Below, in pieces: positions 1 to 13,930 of a DNA stretch of 64,000 nt. A program made the translations under genes and the position numbers. The DNA is taken from NCBI GenBank assembly GCA_023213395.1, contig CM041465.1:233933741-233997740 (forward strand), given 5' to 3'. The notes below the pieces were generated by a model. It was not told the origin of the DNA. It searched no databases and saw only the letters and a program-made list of their open reading frames with translations. Source of the stretch: Cycas panzhihuaensis. Lineage: Eukaryota; Plantae; Cycadophyta. Positions within the stretch are counted from its first letter, which is position 1. Every line of letters starts with the position of its first letter.

Positions 1-819
1 TTATATTGAAAAGACCAAAGAAGATTCAGATCAAATATATGATCAGCTTGCTGTACAAGATCATGATCTTCCATTTGAGGGGGAGAATGAATATTATGAT
101 GTGATAAAGGAGAGTTATAATGATTTGATAGTTGTTCACAATACAAAGTCTTTAAAAGATAAAGTTCAAGTTCAAAGTTTTCTTAATGTTCCAGTTGAAA
201 AAGTCAAAGTTGTAGCTATTCATCTTTGTACAAATCAAGCTTCATTCAATTACAACTTTTTTGCACCACTTCATGATAGAAGGACACATGTTGCTAGAAG
301 GTTAATGTAAGTTGATAATGATCAAGTTAAGAGATAAAATTTTAAAGTTTTTTTCAAGTATAAATTCCATAAGTTCAAAGAGAAGATACAAGTGTTCGTT
401 ATGATTATTAAGGGAGAGAATGTTAGAGTTAATAATCATCACTCCACTCCCACCTTCCAACTATGGGAGCATACCTCATCTTCCTCAATTTACACATGTG
501 GATGCTCAACATGTGTAGGTAAATTTAGTTAATTTAAGTTAAGTTTACTTTAAGTTAAGTTTGTATTATTTTATTGTAATTTATATTTCAGGGGTTGAGG
601 AGTTTCCCTCCTCCCAAAAAATTATATATATTGAGGGGTGTGCAACTCTGGTGTCTTTAGACAACGCCCATATTGGAACATTTGTATTACTCTTCTCTAT
701 TAACATAGATTGAATATATAATGATTCTTATTTATGTTATTGTGTAATATTGATCTATTAAGTTTTGATTATCTCTTTTATGTTCTGCCCTGTTTTCATG
801 CAATTTTATTTCCTTTACA
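1..819 (+). mobile_element. 3' end of a degenerate LTR retroelement: internal region, PPT (411-420) and putative 3' LTR (~421-819)
   Basis: Purine tract AGGGAGAGAA (411-420) is directly followed by TGTTAG; TATA-like TTATATATA near 623; T-rich U5-like stretch ends in TTTACA at 819. No partner LTR in the window, so the right boundary is tentative. Confidence 0.45.
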
Positions 820-1236
820 AAGAGTTCTAGTATACCTATAATTAATAATCAATAAAATTATTCCTCTACTTGATAAAATTAATTATTAAAATATTTATGC
901 CATAATAATATAATAATAAGGAGAATTTATATTACTGTAATAAGTGAACCATGAACCAATTATATATGCTATAATTTATCATATTTACAATCACCTTATA
1001 TAGGCATAATTTTTAGTAAAACTTTCATCCCAATTAGGAAAGAAATAACCTTCATTGATATCATTCTTTAAGTTCCCTAATATTACTACAACGTTTCTCT
1101 TCTCACTCTTATTAGAACTATCTTAGTTCCTTAGGTTAGTGATCTAGTTTTAATACCCCAACCTCTTATAAGATCACATTGATAATTTATCTTCTTTAAG
1201 ACTTCTATAATTTGTACTACCTTGATAGGTCTTACA

Positions 1237-1259
1237 TGTTGGAAGTGAGATGTAAAGCA
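1237..1259 (-). repeat. Element B 3' LTR, outer 23-bp fragment
   Basis: TGTTGGAAGTGAGATGTAAAGCA matches TATTAGAAGTGAGGTGCAGAGTG at the start of 16963-17322. Confidence 0.85.
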
Positions 1260-1810
1260 TAAAAGAGATTAATGTATTAAGGTCATTTATGTAGATTAAT
1301 TATGTGACCTTAGAATATATTGTTAGCATTAGTCTCTTAATGAAATGCACTTTATGTGCATTTATATGTAATTTTGGGTTTACGTCATTAGGCGAGAAAA
1401 TCCTAACCCTATTGCTCACCCTCAATAATAAAAGATAAAATCTCAAAGAGGGTGTCATTATTTATTTTCACCTCCAAGCTTGCTCTCATATCTTATTTCA
1501 TCTTCTTTTTTATTCTCCATTGTCATTATGTGCATGTGAGTGATTTATCTCCTAGATCCATCTTTCCTTCATGTGGTATTAGAGCCAACAAAGTTTAAAA
1601 CTGGTCCTATGTATCGTGGTAGCATATTTAGAGATACGTGAAGGTGTTTGCTAGGTGGCATCGAGGAACACCGTGGTGGACATGCATGCCGCATAGGTAC
1701 AACTAACTCCTTGTGACGGGGGAGTGTTGGAGCACGTGACATTAACTATCATAAGAAAGTCCTCTTTCCAAATCACCTTGGGGTTTTTAGTGTAATGGAA
1801 ACCTGTGATA
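1260..1810 (+). repeat. Element A 5' LTR
   Basis: Colinear with 8796-9346 over its full length; followed by a PBS. Confidence 0.93.
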
Positions 1811-3768
1811 AGTGGTATCAGATCTAGAAGGGGATCTATTCACTCCATTCCACTTGCATAGAGTCATTTTTGCCTCTCTTTCACCTTCAATGTGAAGTAT
1901 TGAGAGTGCATTCATTATTTTTTTAATATCTTGATAGCTTGATATTATATTATTTTATAATTTATTACTTTATCTATATATGCAAAAATTTAGAGGTGAA
2001 GAATATAGGTTTTTGAATCCATTCAGTAGCCGAAACAGTCCCAAAAGCATTAAACGCCTAAAATTTTATTAAAACATTGACTATCTCATATTTTGATGAA
2101 ATTTGGCATACAAGGTCATCTTAACTAGATGATCATTTTTGTCTTCTGGATTAACTTCATATTTATCCTGCAATAATGAGTTTTAGCTATAATAAAAGGG
2201 TAAAATTTGTGGATAAGTGATATAAAGTACTTTTACCAATAAAATCCTTTAATTATAAGCTAAAAATCTGAAACTTTTATTAAGGGATCTGGTATATTTA
2301 TATCTTACGATTAATTTAAGATAAATACCATCAATTTCATCCACTAGTTAGTGAGATCTATGCAGTTTTCTCACGGTTGCTGATTTTGCCTACTCAATCC
2401 CACAAAGGACATTGCAAGGGCATTTTGGGTAATTTTTTGCTAGATTTTACAAATAGTACAGAAGGGAAAGTTAATGTATATGTTAAAATGTAACTTTTGA
2501 TATATTGAAGTTTAGATTCTGAGACAGTTAATCTGGAAGGATTTTGTTTTAGTGCTTTTTTTGGTAGAAAATGTTTTGTGCCTTTACAAAAATCTGACTT
2601 CACAACCCCCTATCAGAAATGATATTCTGAGCACTTTTTCCTTCTGTCATAAATTTATATTTTATCATTTAGACCTTCATATTTATAATTTTTAAAAAAA
2701 TTATGCCTATTTATTATTATTTATAAATTTTATAAAAAAAATCACAAAATAGGGCAAAATAGCATGCATATAGATTTAGAAAAATTAGCATTTTAGTGGC
2801 AAGTTAATCTATTTTTTATCCCATTGTGGCTTTTGTATCAAAACTTCTAAAATCATATTTGGAAACATTATACTAAAGCAAGGGAAACCTTGTATCGGAA
2901 GTAACATCTAGTTTCCCTACTAAATCTAGCATGCTTTTTCTATTTACACACATAGCATAAAGCATCATAAAAGCAACAACAACAACAAGACAAGCACGAA
3001 AAGTAAGCAAGCTCATTTGGCAACTTTTCATTTCAGTTTTCAGTTATATGGAAACATCTTACATTATTCCTAAAAAGAATGTCATCCATACGATCTATAC
3101 CGCCAGTTCTTGACTTGTGCTCACACTCGCCTTGGTTGAAATAGACCAAGGTTGGCTAAAGTCTAGGTCCTAAGGGAGGTGTGAGTTTTATACTAGGTCT
3201 AGTCTTAACCGAAATAGCGGTGGAGGGATAGGTTAGCCATACCTACAGTCTCCAATCAGGGATAATCCTGATAACCACCCGAGAAAACTGAAAATCTTAA
3301 TGCAAGATTAAAATTAACCTAGTCCAATATCCATCATAATCGTAGGGTACGTAATACCATTTGAATCTTCAAAGGAAGTATATAGCTACTCATTGGTGAA
3401 CTGGGTGGGAACTGAAAGTACCTAAGCTCAATTGTGGCTTGGATTTCATCACCAAGTGCAAGTGTGGGTATCGCAGGTGAAGGCCTTAATCATATACTAG
3501 AAGCCTTAGGCATCGAAATCTCACCTACATTTGACATAAGTGAGAGGTTAGTGGCATGACACATCACCACTCTTTGCCAACTCTATATTAGGAATCATTC
3601 TTACATCATTGCTTATATTTATTTTTTATATAATTGTTGAAAAATACTTAATCATTGTTTGCTTCTCATTACAACAATCATTTCTACATCCTTGTTGCGC
3701 TAAGTGTACTAGTCACACGTGTTAGTGGCACATACTTCTATCATTTCTTCTACTTCATCATCATCACC

Positions 3769-6700
3769 ATGTCATCTCAATTCAAGCAAAATGTTAATTG
3801 CATATTGAAAGGCAAAGAAAGTTAGGATCTATAGTACACTGGAATTAAAAATGTTGTAAAGTATGAAAGCCTTTGGAGAGCCCACTTGCAACCTACACCT
3901 AACATACCAACAACAACTACAACAGCTGCTTCTAGTGGATCCACCCCAAACAACTCCTACAGATGTTGCAACTAAACTACAATGGGAGATAGATGATGAA
4001 AAGATTTATGTAAGAATTTTGTTGGTCATTGATCACTCTCTGCATAACTTGATAAATGAAGAGCAACATGATACCGCCTGGAAGGTCCTAGAAGTTCTCA
4101 AAAAGAACTTTGATACAAAGTTAAATTTAGAATTTATTCATCTTGTTTTGAAAATAAACAAATTAAAAATGCAAAAGGATGGGCTCATGAGACAATAAAT
4201 ATCCTTTAACCAATCAAACAGGCAATTGACAAAAGCTTTAAGACCTAATACATCACTTGGGTATTTTTTATCTAGTTATGTTTACATGTGCCTAATTATA
4301 AAAACTTACTTGGAAGTCTTCAATCTAGTGGAACATTAAAGACACTCAACTCCAAAGCACTTGCTAAGAAGTTTATAGAATTTGATAAGACTTTTGATAC
4401 AAACTTTGTAGCCTCTGACTCTCTTCCAGATGCAGTATTTGAGGTAGAAGAAGAAGTTTGCTATACAAAAAATTAAGGTCCCTCTTGTGGTAGAGGAAAT
4501 AACTGACCAAGAGGAAGATGAAGAAATATGGGAAATCATCCACAAGGCCAATTAAACTCTCAATTATAACCCCAACAGTCTCAAGGCTAAGGCCCACCTT
4601 AACAAAGAGCAAGATAGTCAGGCTAAACTAGTACTTTTTCAAGGACTGGTAATCAAACTATTATATGTGATCGGTGTAATCGTAAAGGACACTTAGCAAA
4701 AGGTAGAACTTCCATTTATAAGTTGGCTAAGTTCTAACCAAAACATGGAGCTCACAATGTGGAAGAAACTTGTGAAGAATCCTCTAATGGTGCAGGTTTT
4801 ATACAAGTACACATTCAAAGAATTAAGGGATCTTTAGCATCAAATGCCATTAACTAACCAAAGAGATACTTTGAAGCTCAATGTGGATATATCACTTGTG
4901 AATTCCCTTCATCAATGCCAAGCCCTATTAGCATTGCCAATAGTGTGGCTTCAATCGATGGATAGTGGATCATGGACACATGAGCAACTCAATATATGAC
5001 GTGCAATCGCAGTCTATATCAAACATTTGACTCAAATATTCAAGGAGTTATTCACATGGCTGATAAATCACAATAACCTGTTGAAGGAATTGGCAATATT
5101 CGTTTAAAACTCCTAGGCTTAGAAGATTTTAAATTGCTTGATGTCTTATATATACCCAATCACAAACAAAACCTACTCTCCTTATCAATACTTGTCTCTT
5201 GTGGATTTGATCTGAGTGTAACCGCAAATGACCAGACTCTCCATGTCATTTACCCTCCAACTAATCACGTGGTTTTGACTGGATATCTCTTTGGCAAACT
5301 CTTTCAACTGAATGGCTCTCTATCTTTTAAAGCCCATTGTGACCAAAGCCCTTGTGCTGATGAAGAATTTGCATTTAATTCCATCTTGACCCATCCAACG
5401 CTATCACCAGAAGCTCTTTGGCATGCTCGCATGGGCCATGTTTACATTGATAGACTTAGAGATCTTTCTAACACTATTCTAAACCTTCTAAAGTTTTCCT
5501 CTAAGCCCTTTAATTATGAAGCTTATATTATTGTCAAATCTCATCGACAACCCTTTCCCAAATATCAGTGGGAATCAAGCCATCTATTACAATTGGTACA
5601 CTCTAATTTATGTAGGCCAATGGCCATTCCTTCACTGAAGGACAAGCTATATTACATCTCTTTCATTGATGATTTTACTAGAAAAGTATGGGTAGCTTTT
5701 CTACACAAGAAAGATGAAGCATTCTGTATATTCAAGGAATTCAAAGCCCTCACTGAAAAAGAGTCAGGTTATCAACTCAAATATCTTCGAACTGATAATG
5801 ATGGCAAATATACCTCACATAAGTTTGAAAGCTACTTTCAAGATAATGGCGTCAAGCATCAAACAACAATAGCAAGTACCCCACAACAAAATGGAGGTGC
5901 TGAGCGCATGAGCATGACAATCATGAACATGGTTCGTGCTATGTTAATATATAAAAATGTACCTGCCTATCTATGGGCTGAAGCAATCTGGACACTTATT
6001 TATTGTATCAATGTTGCTAGCCCATCAAAGGAAGTACAATCACCTAATGAAAAGTGGTTAGGACAAGCCCTCATTATTCACTACTTTAAAATTTTTGGCT
6101 CTACATGCTATGCCCATATTCTGGATGCAGATCAAAATAAACTCTAGCCAAGGGCACTTAAAGGTATCTTTGTTGGATACCCTATGGATAAGAAAGGATA
6201 TAAGGTCTTCATACCTTCACAATGGAAAATTATTATTACCAGAGATGTCATTTTTGTGGAGACAGAGGATCAGTTACTTAAACCAGAGTCTAAAGTACCC
6301 TCACACTGCTACAATAATGTTATCAACTATGATGTTCAGATTCTAAAATTTGGAGGGGTAGCAAACATAAATTACTCTAAATATTGGAAGCTAACAATAG
6401 AGCCTTAGAGGATACAAGTTATGACTCTAAACCGATGAGTACACATCCAGTACCACCTTTTGAAGATAGCAGAGTTAATAAAGGCAAAGCCATTATAGAA
6501 GAACCATCCTCTCCACCTTCAGTTGACAAAAGCAAAATAATAGTAGAAGGACCATCTTCCTCAAGCACATCAACATCCTCCTCACAAAATAATCATTTTA
6601 ATGAACATGATGAGAGCCAAGAAGTTGGGGAAACGAGGACATCATTCCCAGCTCGAGGATCTCGAGAAGCCCGCCAGCTCAATAAGGACATACGACTAGA

Positions 6701-8347
6701 TAAGGTGGGAAAAACTGGCACTCGAAGTGTCCATAGAGTAAGGATGTAAGAATTATTATATAATGATCTTGGACTAGCAGAACTGCACCTTACTCTTAAT
6801 GAAGAGCCCTTAATGTACCAAGAATCTATAAAGTAGATAACTTGGAGAAATACTATGAACAAAGAGTACCAATCTCTTATCAAGAACGGTACATGGGAGC
6901 TCATTGATCTACCACTTGGAAGAAAGGTAGTTCAAAATAAATGGGTGTTCAAAAATAAATATAGATTAGACAACACCCTTGAAAAACACAAGGTGAGGTT
7001 GGTAGCTAAAGGATTTACATAAAGGGAAGGCATCGACTACACTAAAGTCTTCGCATCTATAACCAAGTGGCCTATAATTAGAACTCTTATGGCCTTGACT
7101 GCTCAACAGGCTTAGAAAATCCACCAACTTGATATTAGGACTACGTTTCTTAATGGAGATCTTGAAGAAGAAATTTACATAGCTATGCCAAAAGGATATG
7201 AGATCGAAGGTCAAGAGCATAAGGTTTGCAGGCTCAGAAAGTCCTTGTACGGCCTTAAACAAGCCTCTTGTGCTTGGTTTGCCAAGTTGTCTAAAAGAAT
7301 GAAGCAACTTGGATATGAGGTTTATGATTATCAAGATATTGATGCAACATTATTCATCAAGCACCATAAGCATAAAGTCACTTATCTCATAATCTTTGTG
7401 GATGACATGCTAGTAACGGGTAATAGTGAACAGGCAATAAGCCAACTGAAAAAGGACCTTGGCAAAATGTTTGAATTGTCTGACCTCGATTTGATGAAAT
7501 ATTACTTGGGAATTGAAGTAACACAAAAGAATGGAAAAATTTTCCTCTCTTAAGAAAAATACATCAATGATCTTCTAACCAAGTTTTAGTTAAAAGATGC
7601 TCGACCAATGATAATACCTATGGAACCTATACCAAACTCTCAATTGAAGGTGATACTAGGGAGGTAGACACAACACTCTATAAGAAACTTGTAGGTAGTC
7701 TCATCTACACTACTAATATAAAGCCAGATATTGCACACTCTGCTAGCATTCTTGCTCGTTACATGACAAATCCTAAGCAGAATCATTGGCAGGCAGCAGT
7801 GAGAGTGTTGAGATACCTTAAGATGACCAACAAATATGGTCTGTTGTATGAACCTAATTCAGACTTCAAGCTTTCTGCATACACAGACTCAGACTTTGTA
7901 GGAGATAAAGATACAGGAAGATCTACGTCTGGGTATATAACGTTTCTTAGAACAGAACTAATATCATGGAGATTCAGATGGCAGAAGATAGTTGCAGATT
8001 CAACTGCCGAAGTTAAATACATTGTTGCTTCTAAGACCAGTAAAGAGGTGATATGGCTAAGAAAATTATTTAAAGCATTGAATATCACCCAAGTAAGTCC
8101 TATGAGTCTTCATGTGGATAATTAATCAATAATTTGCATGGTGAAAAATCTTGTATTTCATGATTGTATTAAACACATAAGTACGAAAGTCTATAGGATT
8201 AGAGAACTTATTTATGATGGCATAATTCAATTGGAATACTGCCCCACAGCAGATCAAGTGGCCGATATCTTCACTAAACCACTGCAAAAGGTGAAGTTTG
8301 AATAGTTCTGAAGGCAACTTGGTCTTAGGGCCTCCATCTTCGACTAA
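3769..8347 (+). pseudogene. Element A gag-pol pseudogene (Gag, protease, GAG-pre-integrase, integrase, RT, RNase H)
   Basis: Motifs LWHARMGH, YYISFIDDFTRKVWV, TPQQNGGAER, LRKSLYGLKQA, IFVDDML, AYTDSDFVGD, DQVADIFTKPL; many stops and frameshifts. Confidence 0.93.
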
Positions 8348-8795
8348 TCAAAGAAGATGGCAATAAGATCATCATACTCTATTCCCTTCATGAAAACCCC
8401 TTGTGGGCATGGAAGAATAAGAGTAAGTCTCTGCTCTATCCTCTTTGTGAAAACCCCATGTGGGCATGGAAGGATAAGGGTTGTACTAGTTTTAGAAAAT
8501 TAGAACCAATGAAAACCCAAAAAGGGCATAAGGGATAATCAAATAATATATGGAGACTCAGTAGATTAAACTGCATATTTAAGCTACTTGGCTATCATGC
8601 TACATCAAAAAGCCACCTTAGCCATTTTGATTTATAAAAGGGGCTATAGATCTTAGAAAGTTCACGGGTTTTTATTCTCCATGAAGGTTTTCCCACAAAA
8701 GTATCATTTAGAATTTCTATATAATAATGAGGCTCAAATGAAGACTTCATAGAATAGATTTTCTTAAAATGACCTTCCACAATTAAAGGGGGGAT

Positions 8796-9346
8796 TCAAA
8801 TAGGTTAATGTATTAAGGTTATTTGTGTAGATTAATTATGTGACCTTAGGATATATTGTTAGCATTAATCTCTTAATGAAATGTACTTTATATGTATTTA
8901 GATGTAATTTTGGGTTCATATCATTAGGTGGGAAAATCCTAACCCTAATGCTCACCCTCAATAATAAAAGGCAAAATCTCAAGGAGGGTGTCATTATTCA
9001 TTCTCACCTCCAAGCTTGATCTCATATCTTGTTTCATCTTTTTTTTTATTCTCCATTGCCATTGTGTGCATGTGAGTAATTTATCTGCTAGATCTATCCT
9101 TCCTTCATGCGGTATCAGAGTAACTAAGGTTCAAAATCGGTCCTGTGTATAGCGGTAGCGCACCTGGGGATACGTGAAGGTATTTCCTAGGTGGTGCTGA
9201 GGAATGCCATGGTGGACATGCATACCGTGTAGGTACAACTGACTCCTTGTGACAGGGGAGTGTTGGAGCATGTGACGCTAACTATCGCAAGGAAGTCCTC
9301 TTCCCAAATCACCCTAATACTTTTGGTGTAACGGCAACCTGTGACA
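8796..9346 (+). repeat. Element A 3' LTR
   Basis: Follows the PPT, ends in GTGACA, followed by the TSD copy GAGCA. Confidence 0.93.
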
Positions 9347-9351
9347 GAGCA

Positions 9352-9688
9352 AGACCATTCACAATAGCAAGTGCATAACTTGAAAGAGTAAGTTAATATT
9401 CTTTATTGATTTCTTAATATTATTAAAAAAATACTAGGGAGGTATTCCCATCCTATTTATAGGCAATTTTAGAGAGGCAGCAAGTTTCTTAACCTGACAT
9501 ATCCAAATCAAAATAATATTAAAAAATATTAAGTAATAATTAAATATGTACCTTAATATAGATACGTCAGCTCTTTTGGTGACTGGTGGCAGCTACTATG
9601 TGGCCTGAGGTGACCTAGGGAGGCCCAAGGTGGCTTTGAGAGGCCCTAGGTACACATTAACATAGGAGCATTAGGTATTATCCTAGCA
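9352..9688 (-). repeat. Element B 3' LTR, main portion
   Basis: Colinear with 16986-17322; contains CCTATTTATAGGC (minus-strand TATA); abuts the PPT. Confidence 0.9.
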
Positions 9689-9699
9689 TTCTCCCCTAT

Positions 9700-12600
9700 A
9701 ATGCCTAATGTAAATAACTCCTAAATTGTCTCTGAATTTCTAAAATTTGACTTTACCCAATGCTTTTGTGAAGATATTTATTGCTTGGTCTTTAGTGCTA
9801 TAATAAGCTAATTTAATCTCTTCTTCTTGCACTAACTCTTGAATGAAATGATGGTAAGTCTCAATGTATTTTGTTCTACCACAAAAGACTAGATTCTTTG
9901 CCATTTATATAGTACTCTCATTGTCACACCAAATTCTTGTGGGACCTTTCTATTTTAGCTAAAAATCTTAGAGTAGTCTTCTTAACCATACTGATTCACA
10001 TGTGCCTACAACTACTACTTTATACTCTACTTTAGTTGTATATAGGGAAACTATATTTTATTTCTTGGTACTCCATACTATAGCTGTTGATCCCATACTA
10101 AATGTGTAACCTGAAGTTGATTTTTTATCATTGATGTTGCCTGCCCAATCTAAGTCTGTATAACCTATCAACTGAAATTTTGATAAAGCTTTGTAGTATA
10201 ACCCATATTCTGAGGTGTCTTTAAGATAATAAAGGATTCTTTTGGCTACTTGCCAATGGGTGGTCTTTAGATCTTACATAAATATAGACACAATACTAAC
10301 TGAATGTGTTATATCAGGTTGAGGGGATGTCAAATAGATTAGGCTGTCGATTAGCTATCTGTATGGTATAGGATCTACTGGTGTAGAATCATCTAACTTA
10401 GAGAGCTTAACTCTAATTTTTTCTAGAGTTGCCAAAAATTTACAATCTATCATCTTGAATTTTTGTAATAAATCTAGGGTATAGTTTTGTTGGGAGATGA
10501 AGATACCCTTCTTATTTTGTCATACTTCTAAGCCTAAGAAATAATGTATTAGTCTAAAATCTGTCATTTCAAATTATTTACACATAGCATCCTTAAAGTG
10601 TTGCAATAAGTGGGAGTTGTCTCTAACATAAACAAGATCATTAACAGAGAGTCCTACAATTAGGATAGAATCTCCCTTGATTTGAATGTAAAGATTAAGG
10701 TCTGCTTGAGATCTTTTAAAGCCTTGATATCTAAAGTATTTATTTATTTGAGAATACCAAGCCTTGGGTGTTTATTTCAATCTGTAGAGTGTCTTTTTAA
10801 GTTTGTACACTTTGTTTTCTGCCTTCCTAACTTTAAAATTGATGGGTTGAGTGACATAAATATCCTCTTCAATATAGCTATTGAAAAAGGCATTTTTAAC
10901 GTCTATTTGGTAGACTTTTCATCCTATTTAGGTGGCTACATTCATCATCATTCTAACTATTTTCATCCTAGCAATAGGGGCAAATGTTTCATTGTAGTCA
11001 ATGCCTTCTTTTTAGGTATAACACTTAGCAACCAATCTAGCCTTGTATTTATTAATTGATCCATCTGAGTGAAACTTGGTTGTGTAGATCTATTCGGTGC
11101 CAATTACCTTTTTATTTAGATGTAAATTGACCAATTCCTAAGTGTCATTTTTAACAATAGAATGGTATTCATCTTCCATCACCTTTCTCCAAGATGCATG
11201 TTCATTAGCCTCATTAAAAGTTTAAGGCTCATAGGATTCCAATTCTTTGCTCATAAGGGAAAAATTAACCCTATATGAGCAAGTGGATCTATGAGTGTTG
11301 TCCAATATGTTGCCTATATCATAATTCTGTTGAACCCATTTTAGAAGATTTTATGGTGGAGGTTGAGAGGAAGTTCCCTCCCCACTAGGTTCATTGATGA
11401 ATCATCTAAAGTCAAACATATGAGGCACATACTTGGATTTAGAGGATTTGTCAAAATTGATTACAACTTCTTTCTTCTTCTCTTGAGTATCTTGATAATA
11501 AACATCCTCTTGAAATTTAACATCTCTGCTCAACATGACCATTTTTTACTTAGGATCATAAACTTTGTATGATTTAGAGGTTTTGTTATAGCTAAGGAAT
11601 ATACATTTGATACTATGATCATCTAATTTAGATCTCCTTTGGTCAAGAACATGAGCATATGCTAAGCACCCAAAGACTCTGAGGTGATGTATACTTGGTT
11701 TATAGCTGGTCCAAGCTTCTTCAGGTGTTTTCCACCTTAGGGCTTTAGTGGAGTACCTATTGAGGAGATAGATAGATGTTTGTACTACTTCTGGCCAAAA
11801 TTCATGACCCAAATTCTTATCCTTTAATATGTACCTAGTGATTTGATAATTATGTAATTCTTTCTTTCTATTATATTGTTTTATCATAGAATATAGGGAT
11901 TAGTAAGATGCCTTCTAATTCCATGATGAACACAATATTCTTTAAATTCACTGGAGATAAATTCTCCCCATTGTTTGATCTTAGAGATAGTAGCTTGTAT
12001 CCACTTTGTTACTCCACAAAGGTTTTAAAGTTAACGAAGTATTGAAATGCATCTGATTAAATTTAAGGAAGAATACCCATATCTTCCTAGTGTAATCATC
12101 AATGAATGTGATGAAGTAGTAAGCTCCTACTAGTGAGGGGATATCCATTAGACTGTATATATCTATATATACCAACTAAAGTGGACTCGTTACCTGATGA
12201 CTAAAATTTGGAAAGCTTTCCCTATGTTATTTACCAAGTAGGCATCCTTCACATAGGACTTTGTCCACTTCGATGTTTGGCAACCCATTTACCATATCCA
12301 TTCTTTTCATTAGGGCCAAACTACTATAGTTAAGATGGTCAAGTCTCCTATGCCATAATTCACTATCCACTTTAACTATAGTTCTTAGGGCACAGGTATC
12401 TAAAGAAGTAAGAATGAGTTTAAGTAATTTATCTTTGGTCATTTCTCCTTTTGCTACTATAGCTTTGTTTCTCCTTTTGTCCTTGATTTTACACTTTCCA
12501 TTATCAAATATGACCTTGTAGTCTTGTCCCATCATTTGCCCTACTAATAATAAGGTTTTCTTTAAGGCTAAAATATACAAGACATCATCAAGATGTCTAT

Positions 12601-13930
12601 ATTCTCTTACATATGTCATGAGGGTTATGTTACTTCTACCAACAAATTCGTGTGATGTATCATCACTAAACATTATTAATCCTTTTCTACTTTTATCTAA
12701 GGTTTGAAATAGGTATTCCTTGTAAGTCATGTGGATTGAACAACCTGAGTCAATATACCAACTATCATCCTCTTCTTCTTTGGCAGTAAAATTGGATAAA
12801 AATAGTCTATTGTTATCCCTTATTTCTATAGTAGTATAAGTACTCGCTTTGGTGGGTGGTCCATGTTTGGAAAAACACTTGTCTTCTAAGTGACCACTTC
12901 GATGACAATAGGAGAAATATAAGGGTTCTCTCTTTCCATAACTTAGACTTCTACTTCTTGGATGAGTTCTATCATTATTAAAAGGTCTCCCCATTTCCTT
13001 ATAATGTGGAGGTGGAATTTCTATTTATTTGTTATCATAGTAGTTCCAATTTGATCTTGAGGCTTGAACATTTCGTTGACAATTGGGATAACATGTGTAT
13101 CCCTTAGATTATTTATCGTAATTTGGGTGCCTTGGAGGATTTATATTTCATTGATTTCCTCATTGTCTCCTTTGATAAGAAGCTTCGTACTTAAGTGGAT
13201 CTTCTCTCACGTCCCTTCTAGGGTTTCTATCCCTTCTCTTAGGAGGTGATTCCTTAGATTTTGAAGTTCTCACTTGAGAGTGTGATTGAATCCTAGCCTT
13301 AGTAGCAAAATCATGCTCAAGTGATTTTTTAGCGTTCTATTACTCTTCAACTAATATTAGTATGGTACTAAGTTGCTCCACTTTTAGTATACTTAAATCT
13401 TTTGATACCCCTATACTTGTTGCAACCATTTTAAATCTCCTAACAACACCAACACACCTTAATATTCTTTCTACCACTTGTTGTTCTATTAATGTGTCCC
13501 TAAGTGACTCCATTTGGTTAACTATATCCTAAACTTTAGTTATAATTTTGGTTACTGATTCTATGGGCATCATTCGTAAATTTTTAAATTTGATTATAAG
13601 GTTTTGGAGTTTAGAGGAAGAAACTCCTTTATAGATTAGCTAGAGTGTATCCCATTCTTCCTTTGATTTGGTTGATTTGCTAACCCATGGGAAAACATGA
13701 TCCTCTAATGCACAAAATATAAGTACAAATGCTTCATTGTCCTTTTTAACATTTTTTTTGTATATGGCCTTTTCAACATCGATTGCATTTTGTCCTAACT
13801 CAATATATTCTATTTTCACAATCTCTCATATATCATTAACAATGAGGATGGGTCTCATCCTCTTACTCTAGTTTAAAAAATTATTTATGTCAAATTTATG
13901 AATTATCATGTTTCCAAAACTAGATGCCAT
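9700..13930 (-). pseudogene. Element B gag-pol pseudogene
   Basis: Zinc knuckle remnant (YCHRSGHLEDKC), WYIDSGCSIHMT, LWHRRLDHLN, YFITFIDDYTRKIWV, LRVFGCLAYAHV, RT and RNase H remnants; putative ATG at 13930; heavily disrupted. Confidence 0.92.

Larger units (their letters stand above)
1260..9346 (+). mobile_element. Ty1/Copia LTR retrotransposon A (full-length, decayed), nested in the 3' LTR of B
   Basis: Two 551-bp LTRs (1260-1810, 8796-9346); TSD AAGCA (1255-1259) / GAGCA (9347-9351); PBS TGGTATCAGATC at 1813-1824; PPT AAAGGGGGGA at 8785-8794; integrase precedes RT. Confidence 0.95.

Noticed and set aside
77-89. Second PPT-like GAGGGGGAGAA-TG
   Set aside because: No LTR-like sequence or partner follows; cannot be resolved at the window edge.
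9291-9300. GGAAGTCCTC in the mini-LTR matches the 3' part of 5S rRNA, suggesting a Cassandra TRIM
   Set aside because: Only 10 nt match; no recognisable A box or flanking 5S sequence.
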